Shown piece after piece: positions 23,734 to 37,265 of a stretch of 64,000 bases of DNA. The translations under genes and the position numbers were made by a program. The notes beneath the pieces are model-generated. The model had not been told where the DNA came from. It worked only from the letters and a program-made list of their open reading frames with translations, and searched no databases. The stretch lies in contig OZ024742.1 in assembly GCA_964016885.1 (NCBI GenBank), positions 119,784,001-119,848,000 of the forward strand, given 5' to 3'. Every line of letters begins with the position of its first letter. Position 1 is the first letter of the stretch. This stretch comes from Eledone cirrhosa. Taxonomy: Eukaryota.

Positions 23734-26700
23734 TTATAATAAAATATAACACAATATGCAGTTGATAAGGTTATACCAAACTTTGACATCTAAATTATTT
23801 TCTTCCTCAGGAAACATGTTAGTTCTTTCAGTTTATCTAGCAAAAGCTTACATTTCATTTTTTCATCATAATTGTTCTCATTTGGGCAAATCACTCAAGT
23901 ACAAAGCAACATTGTATGTACTCAGGTACATTCAACATTGCATGAGGATGTTTGAAGCTTGACAGCCATCCAGCAATGGTAACATTTTGGATAAATCATT
24001 TTTCTAAATTTTTGTTTACCATTAATATTGCTATTCCTGAATTTTATTGCACAACAGAAATAAATGAATGGAAATTATATACTTAAAATAATTAAGCGAT
24101 TGTGTGTACATTGCTTTCTTACACCCTTAGTAAAATTAAATTGAGCAGAAATGATATAGCAATACTATTGTCATCAGCTACAAGGATAAAGCAATGACGA
24201 ATTTAGCTCACTGGAAATACAGTTTGATATGATGCAGTTTGATTTTTTTTCTTTTGAATATAGAACCATTAATAGCATATTTATAATGAACTAGCTTCAA
24301 AAGTAATTGACAAAGAATGAATGAATATTAAAACTATTTAAAAGTTTCAGGTCTATGTTCTTGCGAGGGTCTATGTGCCAACACTTGGTTCACCTTGTAA
24401 AGTCTATGAGCAAACTGCAACAAAAGCTTAAGTTGTAGAAGTGAGAGATAATGTCATAATCTGAAGGTAAAATATTCTACGAATAAGAGACTAATTAAAG
24501 GCCTGGGCTACAATGTCTAACAAGTTTAAAGAATGTTGATTTTTTTTATGTCCAATGCAAAGGAAGAAATTAATTTCATGTTTCAATACTTATTCAATAC
24601 TATTGTGTTGAATGATTGGTAACAAACCTTTTGGTGTGCCATATATACTTGTGTAAGAAGCGTCATATACATTGGAGAACAGGTGACTGTGACTGGATCA
24701 TTGGAAATAAATTTCTAGATTTTGAACTATCTTTTGTTTTCACACAAGTTGAAAGTAAAATTTGTTTTTAGTAACACAATATCTCTGCATTCAAAATACG
24801 AATAGAAAGTATATTACATTCTAGTAGAATTTGAGCAATGAAATCAAAAGATGTGTTATGATTAGAGAGAAAGGCATTCCAATAAACTGGAAATGTATAA
24901 GAATATTAGAATTAATGTGTGATAAAATCATGCAAGAGATGACTATGTGAAAAGTTTACATAAGCTGATTTTAGAAACCAACATAGGATAAAGGATGAAC
25001 TAGAGTTTATCTTAGAAAGTTAGACTACTCACATCAGGTGAGACAAAATTGAAATGTTTGAAATGTCATGCTACAGATCCATCTGCTTCGTGCCAACATA
25101 GGAAAGTTGATGTAAATTATTGATTTTTCTTTTATACGATTAACATTATTAGACTGGTTCGACTTTCTTCAATACATATGTTTTTCATATTATGGAATGG
25201 AAAATTTACGTGATAAATTTTTTGTAGTAAAATCCATTCAATTTTGTTAATAAAAATATTTTTTATTGATAATCCTTCCGGCAGCAAATATATTATGATA
25301 ATCTGTCTGATTGATAATTTTACATAAATTTATTTCATATTTACGTTTAACACTATTAACGTAATCAACTACTAGGCCATATAATGTTGGTTGTTTTGTT
25401 TTTTTAGATTAGCAGGGAGCATCATTAATTTCATACTCAATTTTTTACAATTTTTACTTAGCTTCTCACAAATTATATTCAGTAATGTTGTCCTTATATA
25501 AATCTTAGTTCCCACATTCTGATGTCAAATTCTTTTTATTACCCACGCAGGGAAAACTTCTATTTCTTTCAAGTCCTGAAAGCTGTATGAAATATACTAC
25601 CAGTAATAATTTGAACACCACTCCAACAGAACTTGCTACAATTTAAAGGGTGAGACCTTGAATTATGTGTCCTTTCTAGCAATACATATTTTCTCTTTAT
25701 AAGATGGAAGTTTAAAAAGGAATTGGTTTCTAATCTCAACAGATTGAGCAAACATTTAGAGGCTTCTCCTTTGCTGGCTTCCGTCTCTATGTAGAAGCTG
25801 CTTTGGTGGCAACCATATAGAAGCAAGCATATAGAAGCTTTCTAGTTGGCTTGAGTGACTCTGTTGAAGATTCCTTATTTACTTAAGCAAGTGCAAAGAA
25901 ACTCCCTCATTAGAACAAAAGTAATGATTTACTCCCTTCAACTAATCTGAAAAGTGATTATATATTATGTCTGCTTACTGGTGTGTCTTATATGGGAAGT
26001 TAAAATATTTGTACCTATCTTCCTCACTAAATGTTAAACTCTATAATATAGGACAGTATGAACAAATTTTTCAATATTAAAAAGGGTTTACACTCCTTTG
26101 AGTTCTTTCTATCACTAGGTTGATTCCACTTTGCTTCTAATATTTTTATCATACATTAGGAAGAATTTAATGTTGATGCTTTTAATTCACAAGAGGAAAT
26201 ATAAATACATAGCTTTTTTATGATTATTTATAAAATAACTGTATTAAATCTGAAACTTTCAACAAGTTATTTTAAATAACATAGCCTTATGTTTTGATCA
26301 TATTTCAGCTGACTTTAAACCATTATCTAGTTCCTTCTGATGGATTATTAAATTAAAGCAAACTGATTAGTAACCAAGAAAAAATGAATGCTTTAACATA
26401 CATTGAGGCATTCTATTTTTAGAGCAAAAATCTAAAGGTATAAAGTTATTTGTATTTACTTTGTTTAACAAATGCAAAATTAGCCATGTGTTCAACTCTA
26501 ATAAACAAGTAGTCATAGATTTACATGTTTCTCTATTAAAAGTAATAATGTTCATTCAATTATGTTCTGAATGGATAATTTAAAATATGTGTAAAAGCTC
26601 CAAAAATACTTATCACCAAATATAATAACTGTAGTAACAAATCATTATTCAATTAGTAGCAAAGAATTACTTATATTTATTTAAATTTCAAATATAGCTT

Positions 26701-27983
26701 TAAAAACAAATATGGTTATTCAATCTGATTGTGTTGCTATTTTCTTATCTCTTGTCTAAATATGATTTTTAAAATATTAAGATTTTAATAAGCTATAATG
26801 ATTGTGATGTTAATATACTTAACCAAAGATTACATGGTTTAAATGTTACTATTGCCAGTGTGTTGTGTGTTTAGGTAAGCTGCCTAACTAAAGTTCCAGT
26901 TCTATTTCTCTGAACCAGCTGAAAAATTAAATTGAAAATCAAAATCTAAATTGATATAACTAAATACTGCAAACTATTTTGTCTAACACTAATCTAATTC
27001 TATAAATCCACCACACATTTAAACTTATTAATCATTTGAAATGGTTGAAATACACACAATTGAAAAAGTTACAAAAGTTATCCCAAGGATAAAAGTCAAG
27101 ACTTATTTGATTTACATAGAAATGGGGAATGTTTAAAGGGTTTTCCAGAAAATGTTAGAATAATTCAGCATAAAAATTTCAAACTTTTCATGTTACTAGA
27201 ATATTTCAGAAAAAGTTAAAGATGTAACCATCAGCCTCCTACAAAATAACCTACAACTGTAACTTTATAGCACATGTATGTTTAAATAATTTTAAATATG
27301 CTAAATGCATATTCTAATTTTGAATAAACTTATTCAAATGCTGGCTGACCATTATCCTGTTATAAGATCAGTTATTTATATTATGTTAGTAATATCAATG
27401 ATTAGATTACTTAATTTCCAATTTTGTAATAGTTAATGATTCTACTATTTAAATATATTTACATAAAATGCTTTAGGTTTTGAAATAGTAAATTGTTGAA
27501 TATTATAAATATATATATAGATATTTAACTGAAAATTAACCTATATCTATACTGTGTGGGTGGGAATGGATGTTGGAAACATGAGTTTTGGAACAACTTT
27601 GGAAGTTTTCTATCAATGTTTTCGAATTTGCAGATTTTACTAATATCTGTAAATACTGTCATATTATTATTATACATCAGCGTGAAGGAATTCATATAAA
27701 AAGATGTCTAATTCCAATGATGGAAAGTAGAATCTGCAATTTAGAAAAGCTTAATGGTAAGCTACTGAAATTGCTTTACACATTCATTTCAATACAATAT
27801 GCTTATATGCTTCAACACTATTTGCTTTATATATGTATATATATATATATATATTAATATATATTAATATATATATATTAATATATATTAGTCCAGAAAT
27901 AGCCGTCGAAACGGCTTGAGCTCTGCCGTCAGGGTCATACTTTTTCCTATATAATATATATATATATATATATTAATATATAT

Positions 27984-28076
<93 letters not shown>

Positions 28077-29349
28077 ATGAACACTTATACTGCAGTAATA
28101 TTGATAAAATATTTTGTTTTTAATGATTTTTTTAGAATATTTATATCCATATTCTGTGTTAGACAATCATCAACTCTCTTCACAAGGGGCCTTGTTATCA
28201 TGCCTTCACCTAAATAAATTTGCTGTGAATATTTATATTAAGTTTTTCAGTACTTTTATTTGATACCCACTGATCATTTGATCCACAAATTCTGTTCACT
28301 CCACTCTTATCATGTTTACTGAATGTCTATATGATTGAACTTTTCTCTTTTGCAGAAAAAAATATCTGATCTTCATAATTACTAGTTGTCTTTATAGCTT
28401 ATCTAAACATTCTATCACTTTTGATTTATTATAGATATATCTAATCATATTGGCTCTTCTTTCTAGACTTTGTTGATCATCTATATTTAATGCTTCTTTT
28501 ATGCCTTTTTTTATGAAGAGAAAATCCCACAAACATCAACATCTTTTCTTTGAACATCTCCTAATCAATTTTGGCTTGTATTATTCCATTATGTATTGAT
28601 CAAGACCCTTACATAACATATCTCTTATCTGTATTTTACTATCTTGGGGAAGGATTTTTGCCATAAGACTTGTATGCAGTATCAGCCTTCTCATTTTATA
28701 ACTGCTGCTTTTTAATCAACTCATTGGTTGTATTACTTTTGAAGGCTATCAATATTTGTCTTTGTGAACTTTAGAAAGAAAAACACTCTAACAGTTTCAT
28801 CAAAAACAGTATTTGTTCTTTCCTATATATAGAAACTAACAAGTCATAACTCTGATGCAATTTGCTATCCTAATGAGAGTATGAAATAGTTTCTGTTACA
28901 ATTAGACATATTTCAACTGTCTTATTTATTTTGGTTTGGTATATATTTTTTCTAGTTAAATTGTTGAAAACGTTTTAGTCAAAACTGTGGACATGTAGTC
29001 TCATACATCATGTCTAATTGGAAAGGAAAGAGTTTTAAAGTTTAATACTACAACCTAATGAAAATTTTCCAACGTTTTAATAGCAGAATGTTTCACTTCA
29101 TTACATCAATACCCATACTACTTACCATGTCTGAAAATATCTCATTTGCAATGATGACTTTCTGTACAAAATTCTCATTTCCAGTATTTGATTCTGCAAT
29201 AACGTTCAGCACATCACTTTTATACTTCGAAACAATCCTTCCAAGATCAGCTTTAAAAACTTTCTTAATTTATAACGTGATACTAAACTTCTTTTTCTAT
29301 TTATATATTTTTTAAAAATATAAAATGTTTTATTGTAAAAAATGCAAGT

Positions 29350-29905
29350 GCCTTTTGTGGTTATGAAAACGGAAAAGGCTTTAGGGTCAAAGAAGAATGG
29401 GAAGGGTGATGGGCATAGGGTGCGACAGTATTGGGGCTGTGCTCCATGGACAGGACAATGGCTAGTGTCACCTGATGCAACAGCCGCACCACCTTGCAGA
29501 GCTCCTTCCTCAGATGAGCGGCTGATGTTCTGATCTTGCAGAGGAGCTCAACAATACGGGGTCCAAGTATGCCTGAGGTCTCGACAGTGACCAGTCTGAA
29601 AAGGAAGTGGCCAGACAATCCCCAGTATTTGTTTATCTTCCTTTCCTCTGCATTGCGGGCTGTGGTACCAGGGTATGTGGCCAAAGCGACTAAGTTGGAG
29701 GCGGAGAATGTGTCACAATATGTAGTGTCTAAGATGAGGGATCTACTTCCTTTGAATGGAAGAAGGTAATTCCATTGGGGTGCTTGCCATCTCCAGTTGT
29801 GATGGGAAGCCATCTGTATCGAGGCTCCTTCTCAATATGTTGTTGAGAGCGGCATGATGGGGGAACCAGACTGTGCTCTGATTGCAAGACAGTGGGTGCA
29901 GGCCT
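29350..29905 (-). mobile_element. non-LTR retrotransposon fragment, RLE domain (CRE/NeSL-type)
   Basis: LPFKGSRSLILDTTYCDTFSASN...ARNAEERKINKY.GLS..FLFRLVTVETSGILGP; same type as 7270-7530. Confidence 0.75.
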
Positions 29906-30504
29906 CTTTCAATTGATATATACTGTAATGGAATACTATTTTCTATGTCAAATATTTTGTATAATTTTTTTTATCTCAGTCTTGGGGATATCATAAGGAA
30001 AGAATTTAAGTATGTTTTCTCTCTCCGCAAGTTAGTTGATTTCTATTGTTTATATTACTAATAATATTGCGAATTCTACTGTTTCTATAAGCTTCCAAAT
30101 GTTCGTAAATATTACATAATTTACAAGACACTGGTATTTCAGTGTTAATTGATCATTGTAAACAATTTCATTATTCCACACTCCTTTTTACTATTCACAT
30201 ATATTAAATGGAACTGACTGACATCATAAGGAAAACTATTCTTTAATGTTTATTTAAATAAGTTATAAGGTTTTGTCATTTTTATACCATTTTGAAATTG
30301 CTGCTCTATATAACCTCACTCTGTATCTTGTTTTTATTCAGAACTAACAGAATTGTTTGTCATTATTTTCTTTTTATTAAGATAAACTTTCTGTTCCTTT
30401 TTTTAGAAAGACATTAATGTAAATTCCATTTTTAGTATCGCATTGGATATTTTACAATGTAATACTTTGATTTGGCTAACTTGAAAACCTTGATTTGTTC
30501 AAAG

Positions 30505-30588
30505 GAATATCTTCCTGTTCTCAGTCGACCATTGGTGCTAGACAATGCCAAACACAGTGAGTGGGTGAACATCTATTCTGACAAAATG
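30505..30588 (+). CDS. CACNA2D: alpha-2/delta alternative exon 6C: EYLPVLSRPLVLDNAKHSEWVNIYSDKM
   Basis: CTAAC branch point at 30476-30480, aaAG acceptor, ATG|GTATTT donor; 84 nt, phase 0-0. Aligns with 6A without gaps. Confidence 0.92.
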
Positions 30589-33500
30589 GTATTTATACTT
30601 CATTTGCAAGTATGCTGTTTAGGCAATTACCTGCTTTTATACAGTTAAAATTGCTTGACCAACAACCTAGCATCCATATTCTTGAGAGTCAGTGTGCTGT
30701 TTACTGTTACCTGCTATATATATATATATACATATATATTATATTATATATATATATATTATATTATATATATTTATATATACATATATATTTATATATG
30801 CATATATATTTAATAAGACTGGGTACATTAATGAAAATATTGCAAGACTTTTGAAGTAGATTTGTATTATTGTTTCTTTCTTTATCTCTCCTCTTGCTCT
30901 CTGTTCATTCATTTATATATATATATATATGATTATTGATTTGAAAATGTATTAGAAGTTACTAGACTACATTTCTCTCTAGCTTGGCTCATGATTTTAG
31001 TATTTCATCAGTTGTCCCTAAATTACCTAGAAAGTCTTAAGTTGTTTATTCTAAATGCTCTTTACTTGATTAATACTTTTTAGTTACACTATGTTAAAGC
31101 CAAGCATTTCCAACATAGATTTAATCATTTTTCATTTCATCTTCTCAAGTAACTTAGTCTCTTTGTTATTTGTAGAATGTTTCTTTCACTGTTAGTATTC
31201 AATTCCTCTATGATTCAGTATCTTAAAGTCACATATAAAGACTTTTGCTGTGGAAATCTGTAACATTTCTTAAAGTATATATAATAAAACTTAAAATCAG
31301 TCTACCTCTGTCTCCTCTCCCAGAAGGAAAAGGTGAAAGTTGACTGGTAGAGCTTTCTGAAATTGAACATCATTGAGACAGCATTCTAGCCACAATAATC
31401 TCATATCTATAGTCAGTATGTTAAGTGTCAAGACTTAAAAAACATGGTTGCCATTTTAAACATTGTAGGATGTTTGTTGTTAAAGTTTTGACACTATACT
31501 TATCTGCTGAATATCTTTTAATATCTTGAGATGTTTCCTATATACCTTTCCAAAATATTAAAACAGGGTATAGTATGTCCATATTGCTCTCCTCTAAACC
31601 AACTACTGTATTATGAAGTTTACAGTATAGTCTACACTGTGGTTTAGCACAACTGACCTTGATTAATAAACAATTGCTCAAAATGGTAATGCATTTTGAT
31701 AGCTGAATATATATTTGGATGAATTTACCTCTTTTAGGAGATTTTTAAAAAAGCACAGGCATATAATTCTTTTTCATCCAAATCGAGTGATTATCTTGTC
31801 AAATTTCTTACCACTGCCCTATATGGAAAACACAGTAGCTTTATTATGAATTAACTTAGTACAAGCATTCATGGACAGATCTCAAAAAGATTGAACCACT
31901 GGCAAGCTCTCTCAGACCTTGTGTGATGATATCCATTTTAGCAGTGTATATACATTAGAATGCTCTCTTTTTTGTCAATACCTTTGATTAAGTATAGATA
32001 TTACCATTCTATTAAGACTTTTTCTATGTATCTATCTAGTTTGATGTTCAATTCCATTATGCAGCATCTTAGATAAACTAATATCTTGTGAATGAAATTT
32101 TGAAAAAAGGAACCGTGTAAAAATCCACCAGAAGAATTTCTGCTGTTAGATTTGATACATTGCATGATTTAAAACCTCCACATGAGCCTTGATCTCATTA
32201 TTAAGGATAACTTTGAGGCTCTGAGAAGAAACATGGATGCTAACTATCCCCTTCACCAATATTTGACTGAAATACAATTATGCATTAGAATTTTAGTTTA
32301 AACTTATTCATGGTGGATTAATATGTTTCTAAGAATTTTAGCTAGTTTTGTAGTAAGCCATTTTAATTTGGACTATTTCTTTTAAGTTTTAAAAATGTTC
32401 ATAGCAGATTATATATTGATCCTGCCACGAAAATAAGTTTACCTATAACTAGGACCACCATATCAAGTTTTAAAAGGAATAGCAGAAAGCTTTATGAAGA
32501 ACTTTGTACATGACATTTTCCACTTAATGCTAATACATTGACTATGCTTATACATTTTTATCAGTCATCCTTAAAATAACCAAATATTTCCAGTAGTACA
32601 GAATACAGGCATGTAACTAGCTAAATTTTGTATTCATAGTATCCTAGATTGAGACATTTGTGGCATATCATCTGTAGCTAGATATATTTTTTGTTAAAAT
32701 CCTGCTGAGTCATATCTCTTTAAGATATTAAAAAATAACTTTAATATTGTTTCTTTTTCTTTGTTATGAACAATATCAAGTAGTTACTTTTACATTTTTT
32801 TTTTTAAAGTTTATCTCTTACATAAAAGTAAAATATAGGCGATATATTAGAGACAAATTTTTAGTTTTGCTGTTTTTGTTTTACTCGACGTAAAGTTTAA
32901 GTAGAAATATAAAGTTTTGATGGTAATACTTTTCCCAAGGATATTAACAGGATTAGTAAAGTTAAAGTCTGTATTGTTGATTTGAGATAGCAGCAGTTGT
33001 GTTGTTTACTATTCACAGTATTTTTATATTATTTTCATTTTGGTCTATAGGAATTTTATACTTTGTCGCATTTTCTACTCTTTAAAAATCATTATATTTG
33101 AAATCATTGATAATATTATGATTTTAAAATGTACCCAGTCTTTCTTAACAAAAACATTGCCTATTATGCATGCAGGTCCAAACTCCTTTTTTCCTATCAT
33201 CTTAAACCAGTTTGGTGAGTTCACATTTCACCAAGTTCTGTCATAGCATAATATTTTTCAGTAATACTGTTTGTTGTCTTTTCAATAATATTGTAATTCA
33301 TTATATTTTAAATCCTTTAAGTACTGTCAACTTTAAGTAGATTCTTATCAGTGTGCTATTCAATATGGGATATCAATTATATAATTCAATGTTTAAAAAA
33401 TATAATATACATTTAAAATTTTAATAATTCAACATTTAATAGTTTTAATTTTTTAATATATTGTAACTTAGTATATGAAATATGTGTTGAGTGTACATTG

Positions 33501-36500
33501 TGGAGTGTTTACCAGAAATTGGTGAATTTAATAACATTTGACCAATTTTAACATGTTTTTAATAATTAGTCAAAACACTTCTACCTTGAAAAACCATGTG
33601 CAGTGTACCTGTATAATTTTGATAACCTGTGTATTAATAATAATTATGAAAATACTATTGTCAGTTATAGCAAATATTTTAAATGAACTTTTTCATTAAT
33701 AATGAATAAAATAATTGTATAATGCCTGGACATTGATTGAGTATTTTCATAAATATCTGTTTTGTTTTTTTATAAACAAAGCTAATTATTCCTAACTGAT
33801 TAATATATTACAAATTTGGAGTTAATTTGATTAACTAAATTAAACAGGATTTATTAACCTTTTTATGTTGAAATATATAGACATTTATTTCATGGAATAT
33901 GGGAGAGATCCTCATATTAAAGATAAAGCAAGAAGATTGCCATAAAATTTCATCTCTAACATTTTAGCATTTAATCCTCATTTTGATCATATCTGTTTTT
34001 AAGATTATATTGTTTAACATTCTTTCTTGACAAAAACTTTACAGTTACGTTAGCTTTTTATCTAAAATATTAGTTTTGGAACATTCTTTTAATGAAGTCA
34101 GTTTATGTGTCCTACAAATATGATTTTCCATATCAAGTTTGTTGAGTATTTGTAACTGGGTTCTGCAGAAATTAAATAAATTATAGTGAAACTTGCAAAC
34201 TTCAGGGTATCATTTAAACACTATAAATATAAGTTTTAATTGTTTTGGGAAATCTACAAAGCTTCTTTTAGGATTTGCCTACAGATTCTCTAATATTCTT
34301 CAATTTTCCAATGAAGCTTTTTCCTATATATATTATTTGTTAATAAGACTTATTGTCAGTGCTGCAATACTAATGTGATTTAAGTGAAATATTTATGTGA
34401 TAATCCTTAGTTCACACCAGACAACAATCAATTTAGATATCTATAGCAAATAACTAAAATGTGTGAATCAAATTCTTCATCAGAAGCATCCTTTATTGAT
34501 CAAAATATGTTTACACATGAGCATATTCTTTTATTTTCCCATCAATCTACCATATTTTCCATTATCTGAAATATTGTTTGAATGGAATATGACATGCAAA
34601 TTAACAGATGTAATTTTATATATATTTTTTGTTTTTAGCTTTGCATCAAAACTATTCAAAACATAAACAAACAGATCATAAAATGAGAAACCTTCCATGA
34701 TAGAAATAATAATTATTTCATTGATCTAATATTGATTTTTTTTATGTTGAAACAATATGATAAACTTGTAGGAAAGGAGTATAGTTCATTGAAATTACCT
34801 GTATATAACTGGCATTTTATTCAGATTCAGAAAGATTTTATGAAAAGTTCACTCTGACAAAATTTTAACTCAAAATACTGAGGAATTAATTTAAATACTT
34901 AAAGTATTTAATCCAGGGCTATACCATTTTTGCCAGTTCAGCCTTTATTTTGATAATTTAAAAGGGCTATTAACTCAAATATAATCAACTAGTCAATGAA
35001 ATGTATACATACACATTGAAGTGCATCATATTTTTGTTTATTTTACTTTTCAATTTAATTCTGTCTACAAAGTTTTCAATCTGTCAAAAATAAATTGCCT
35101 GTCTAATATTTTGTTTTTTAGCCCCGAACCTATATCTGTTTCTACATGTGATAATCTTTTCCAATATACCATTACTTCTTGTACACATTTAAATTGTAGT
35201 TTCTTTGTCCATTACTTTTTTCAATTTCTATCTCTAAATTTAGCTAAAATGAACAACGTTTATGTCTCTGCAAATAAATGTTTGCACGTGCACAAACAAA
35301 CATATAAATTCCCACGAAATATATATAAGAAACATTTATATTAAACATATTGAACTTATGGCTTATGTTTAAGTTTAGTTTATTTTATGTTCAAATATTT
35401 TATTTTATTTTTGAAATTTCTAACTTTTATCGAAACTGAGGAAAAGGTATGGGAAGATGGAAGACAGACTAAACTGGAACATAACCATTTACTCAATATA
35501 ACATATATATATGTATGTGAGTATGTGTGTATATTTATATACAAATATGATAAAATACAGTTTCAGTTAAAGTTGAGTTAAACAAAGGGCTTCTAGATTC
35601 TGTATATTCAATTCTTTAATTATCTGTCTTTACTGTTACTCTCTCTTTGTTTCCTCAAGCACCAAACCCGATATCTTGATACTCTTCAGAGTGTCTGGGA
35701 ATCAGTAATTGAAGACCTATCTTTTAGGTTAGGTGATCATGGTTTATCAATAACTGCAAATCACCAACTATTTGGTTGTTTGGAATGTTTGTTTTTATTG
35801 TATCATTTGTATGCTTAGAATACATAAATAAGTTAGAAAAATGAATTTGTTTCTAAAATCCTCTGTATAATCATAATCCTTTCATTGATAAGGGAAATGT
35901 AGTAATATTATCAGAATTATTTCGTATTCAAATTAATATGAGTGCTGCATCTAACATCTTAACATATACGATATCCATCCACTTTACTTCTATTGCAGTT
36001 TTGTCAACTATAAAACTACTTATAAGCACATACATCCACAATAAATAAATCAACTATAACAACTGTGTTAGCTATCAATTTCTCCATTAAGGATTCCAAT
36101 ATTTATATATCAATATTTCAGAGTCACAGCACTCTATTTTCAAGATTCCAGTATTGATTTCAAGGTTGAGGTTTTGCACATCATTAGTATTCACATAAGT
36201 ATAACCAATACAAATTTTCATTGGTTGTTTTTATTTTTTTATTTATGTGTGCAGTGATCTGATTAGTTCTAGTCCTTGTAGTTGTTTGATATGTATTGAG
36301 AGGCTCCATGAATATGTTTGTCTTTAGTCATATATCATTGTGTATTTCCACAGTTTTTCTAAGTGTTCTTTATTATGTGGCAATCACTTTTATTAGAATA
36401 GGCAAATGGTTAGTTAATGAAGCAATGTAACATTGTGTGGCCAATAGAAACATTTAACAATGAAATTGCAAACTTTTAAGTTTGAATTAAATTTACATTT

Positions 36501-36949
36501 TTATTGTTATTGCTGTTGTTTTTGAATGGCTCTATTAAAAAGTTATTTGATCTAAAATATTTAAATGCCATGCAGATTTAAAAGTATGTGTATGTGTCAT
36601 GGATTCATTAGTGTTTGTATGAGCTGTGAATTTTTACATCCTCCATTTTGTTATTTGGAATGTGACAGAGCATGTTGCATCATATTTGACAGCCATCCTA
36701 CTTTCTACAATGTATTCTCTTGATAGTTTAAGATACTACCATGTCATATGTATATTTGATATATATATATATATAGCTGAATTGATAAGGTTTTTGTTTG
36801 GTGTGCCTTACTCAGAGATGTACATCACTGCACAAAGTTGAGGTATAGACGGACTATTGAGATTGCAGTAATTTTATTATACTCATGTTTTGTTTTACTG
36901 TTTATTATGTATCTGGATCCAACTGAGGAGAGAGATTTAGATATATTCT

Positions 36950-37265
36950 GAAGGCATGTGGCTTAGTGGTTAAGGTATTGGGTTAATGACTATAAAGTCA
37001 TGTGTTCAATTTCCAGGCTGGGTAGCACATTGTGTCCTTGAGAAAGACACTTTATTTAAATTGCTCCAGTTCATTCAATTGACAAAAATGAGTTGTACCT
37101 GTAATCCAAAGGGCTAACCTTATCACACACTATGTCACACTGAACCTTTCTGGGAGTTATATTAAGGATATATGTGTCTGTGGAATGCTCAGCCACTTGC
37201 ACATTAATTTCAAGAGCAGGCTGTTCCATTGTTCAAATGACTGAAACACTCATTGTCATAACTGA
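36950..37265 (+). mobile_element. tRNA-derived SINE, family B head
   Basis: ggcatgtggcttagtggttaagg...gtgttcaatttccagg...ttgagaaagacactttattt...ttgctccagt. Confidence 0.75.

Noticed and set aside
24351-24431. cAG|VYVLARVYVPTLGSPCKVYEQ, sharing VLAR with exon 6A
   Set aside because: Poor pyrimidine tract, no Trp or Asp, and it runs into a stop without a convincing phase-0 donor.
27890-27950. GC-rich hairpin agccgt-cgaa-acggct inside a TA tract, as a possible ribozyme
   Set aside because: No CUGANGA core on the same strand as the GAAA; most likely a transposon scrap.
30950-32720. Possible very old LINE remnant or nested gene
   Set aside because: No sustained reading frame or unambiguous motif could be read by eye.
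33052-33102. tAG|EFYTLSHFLLFKNHYI* as an exon-6 relic
   Set aside because: Stop codon and no donor; the similarity is explainable by AT-rich composition.
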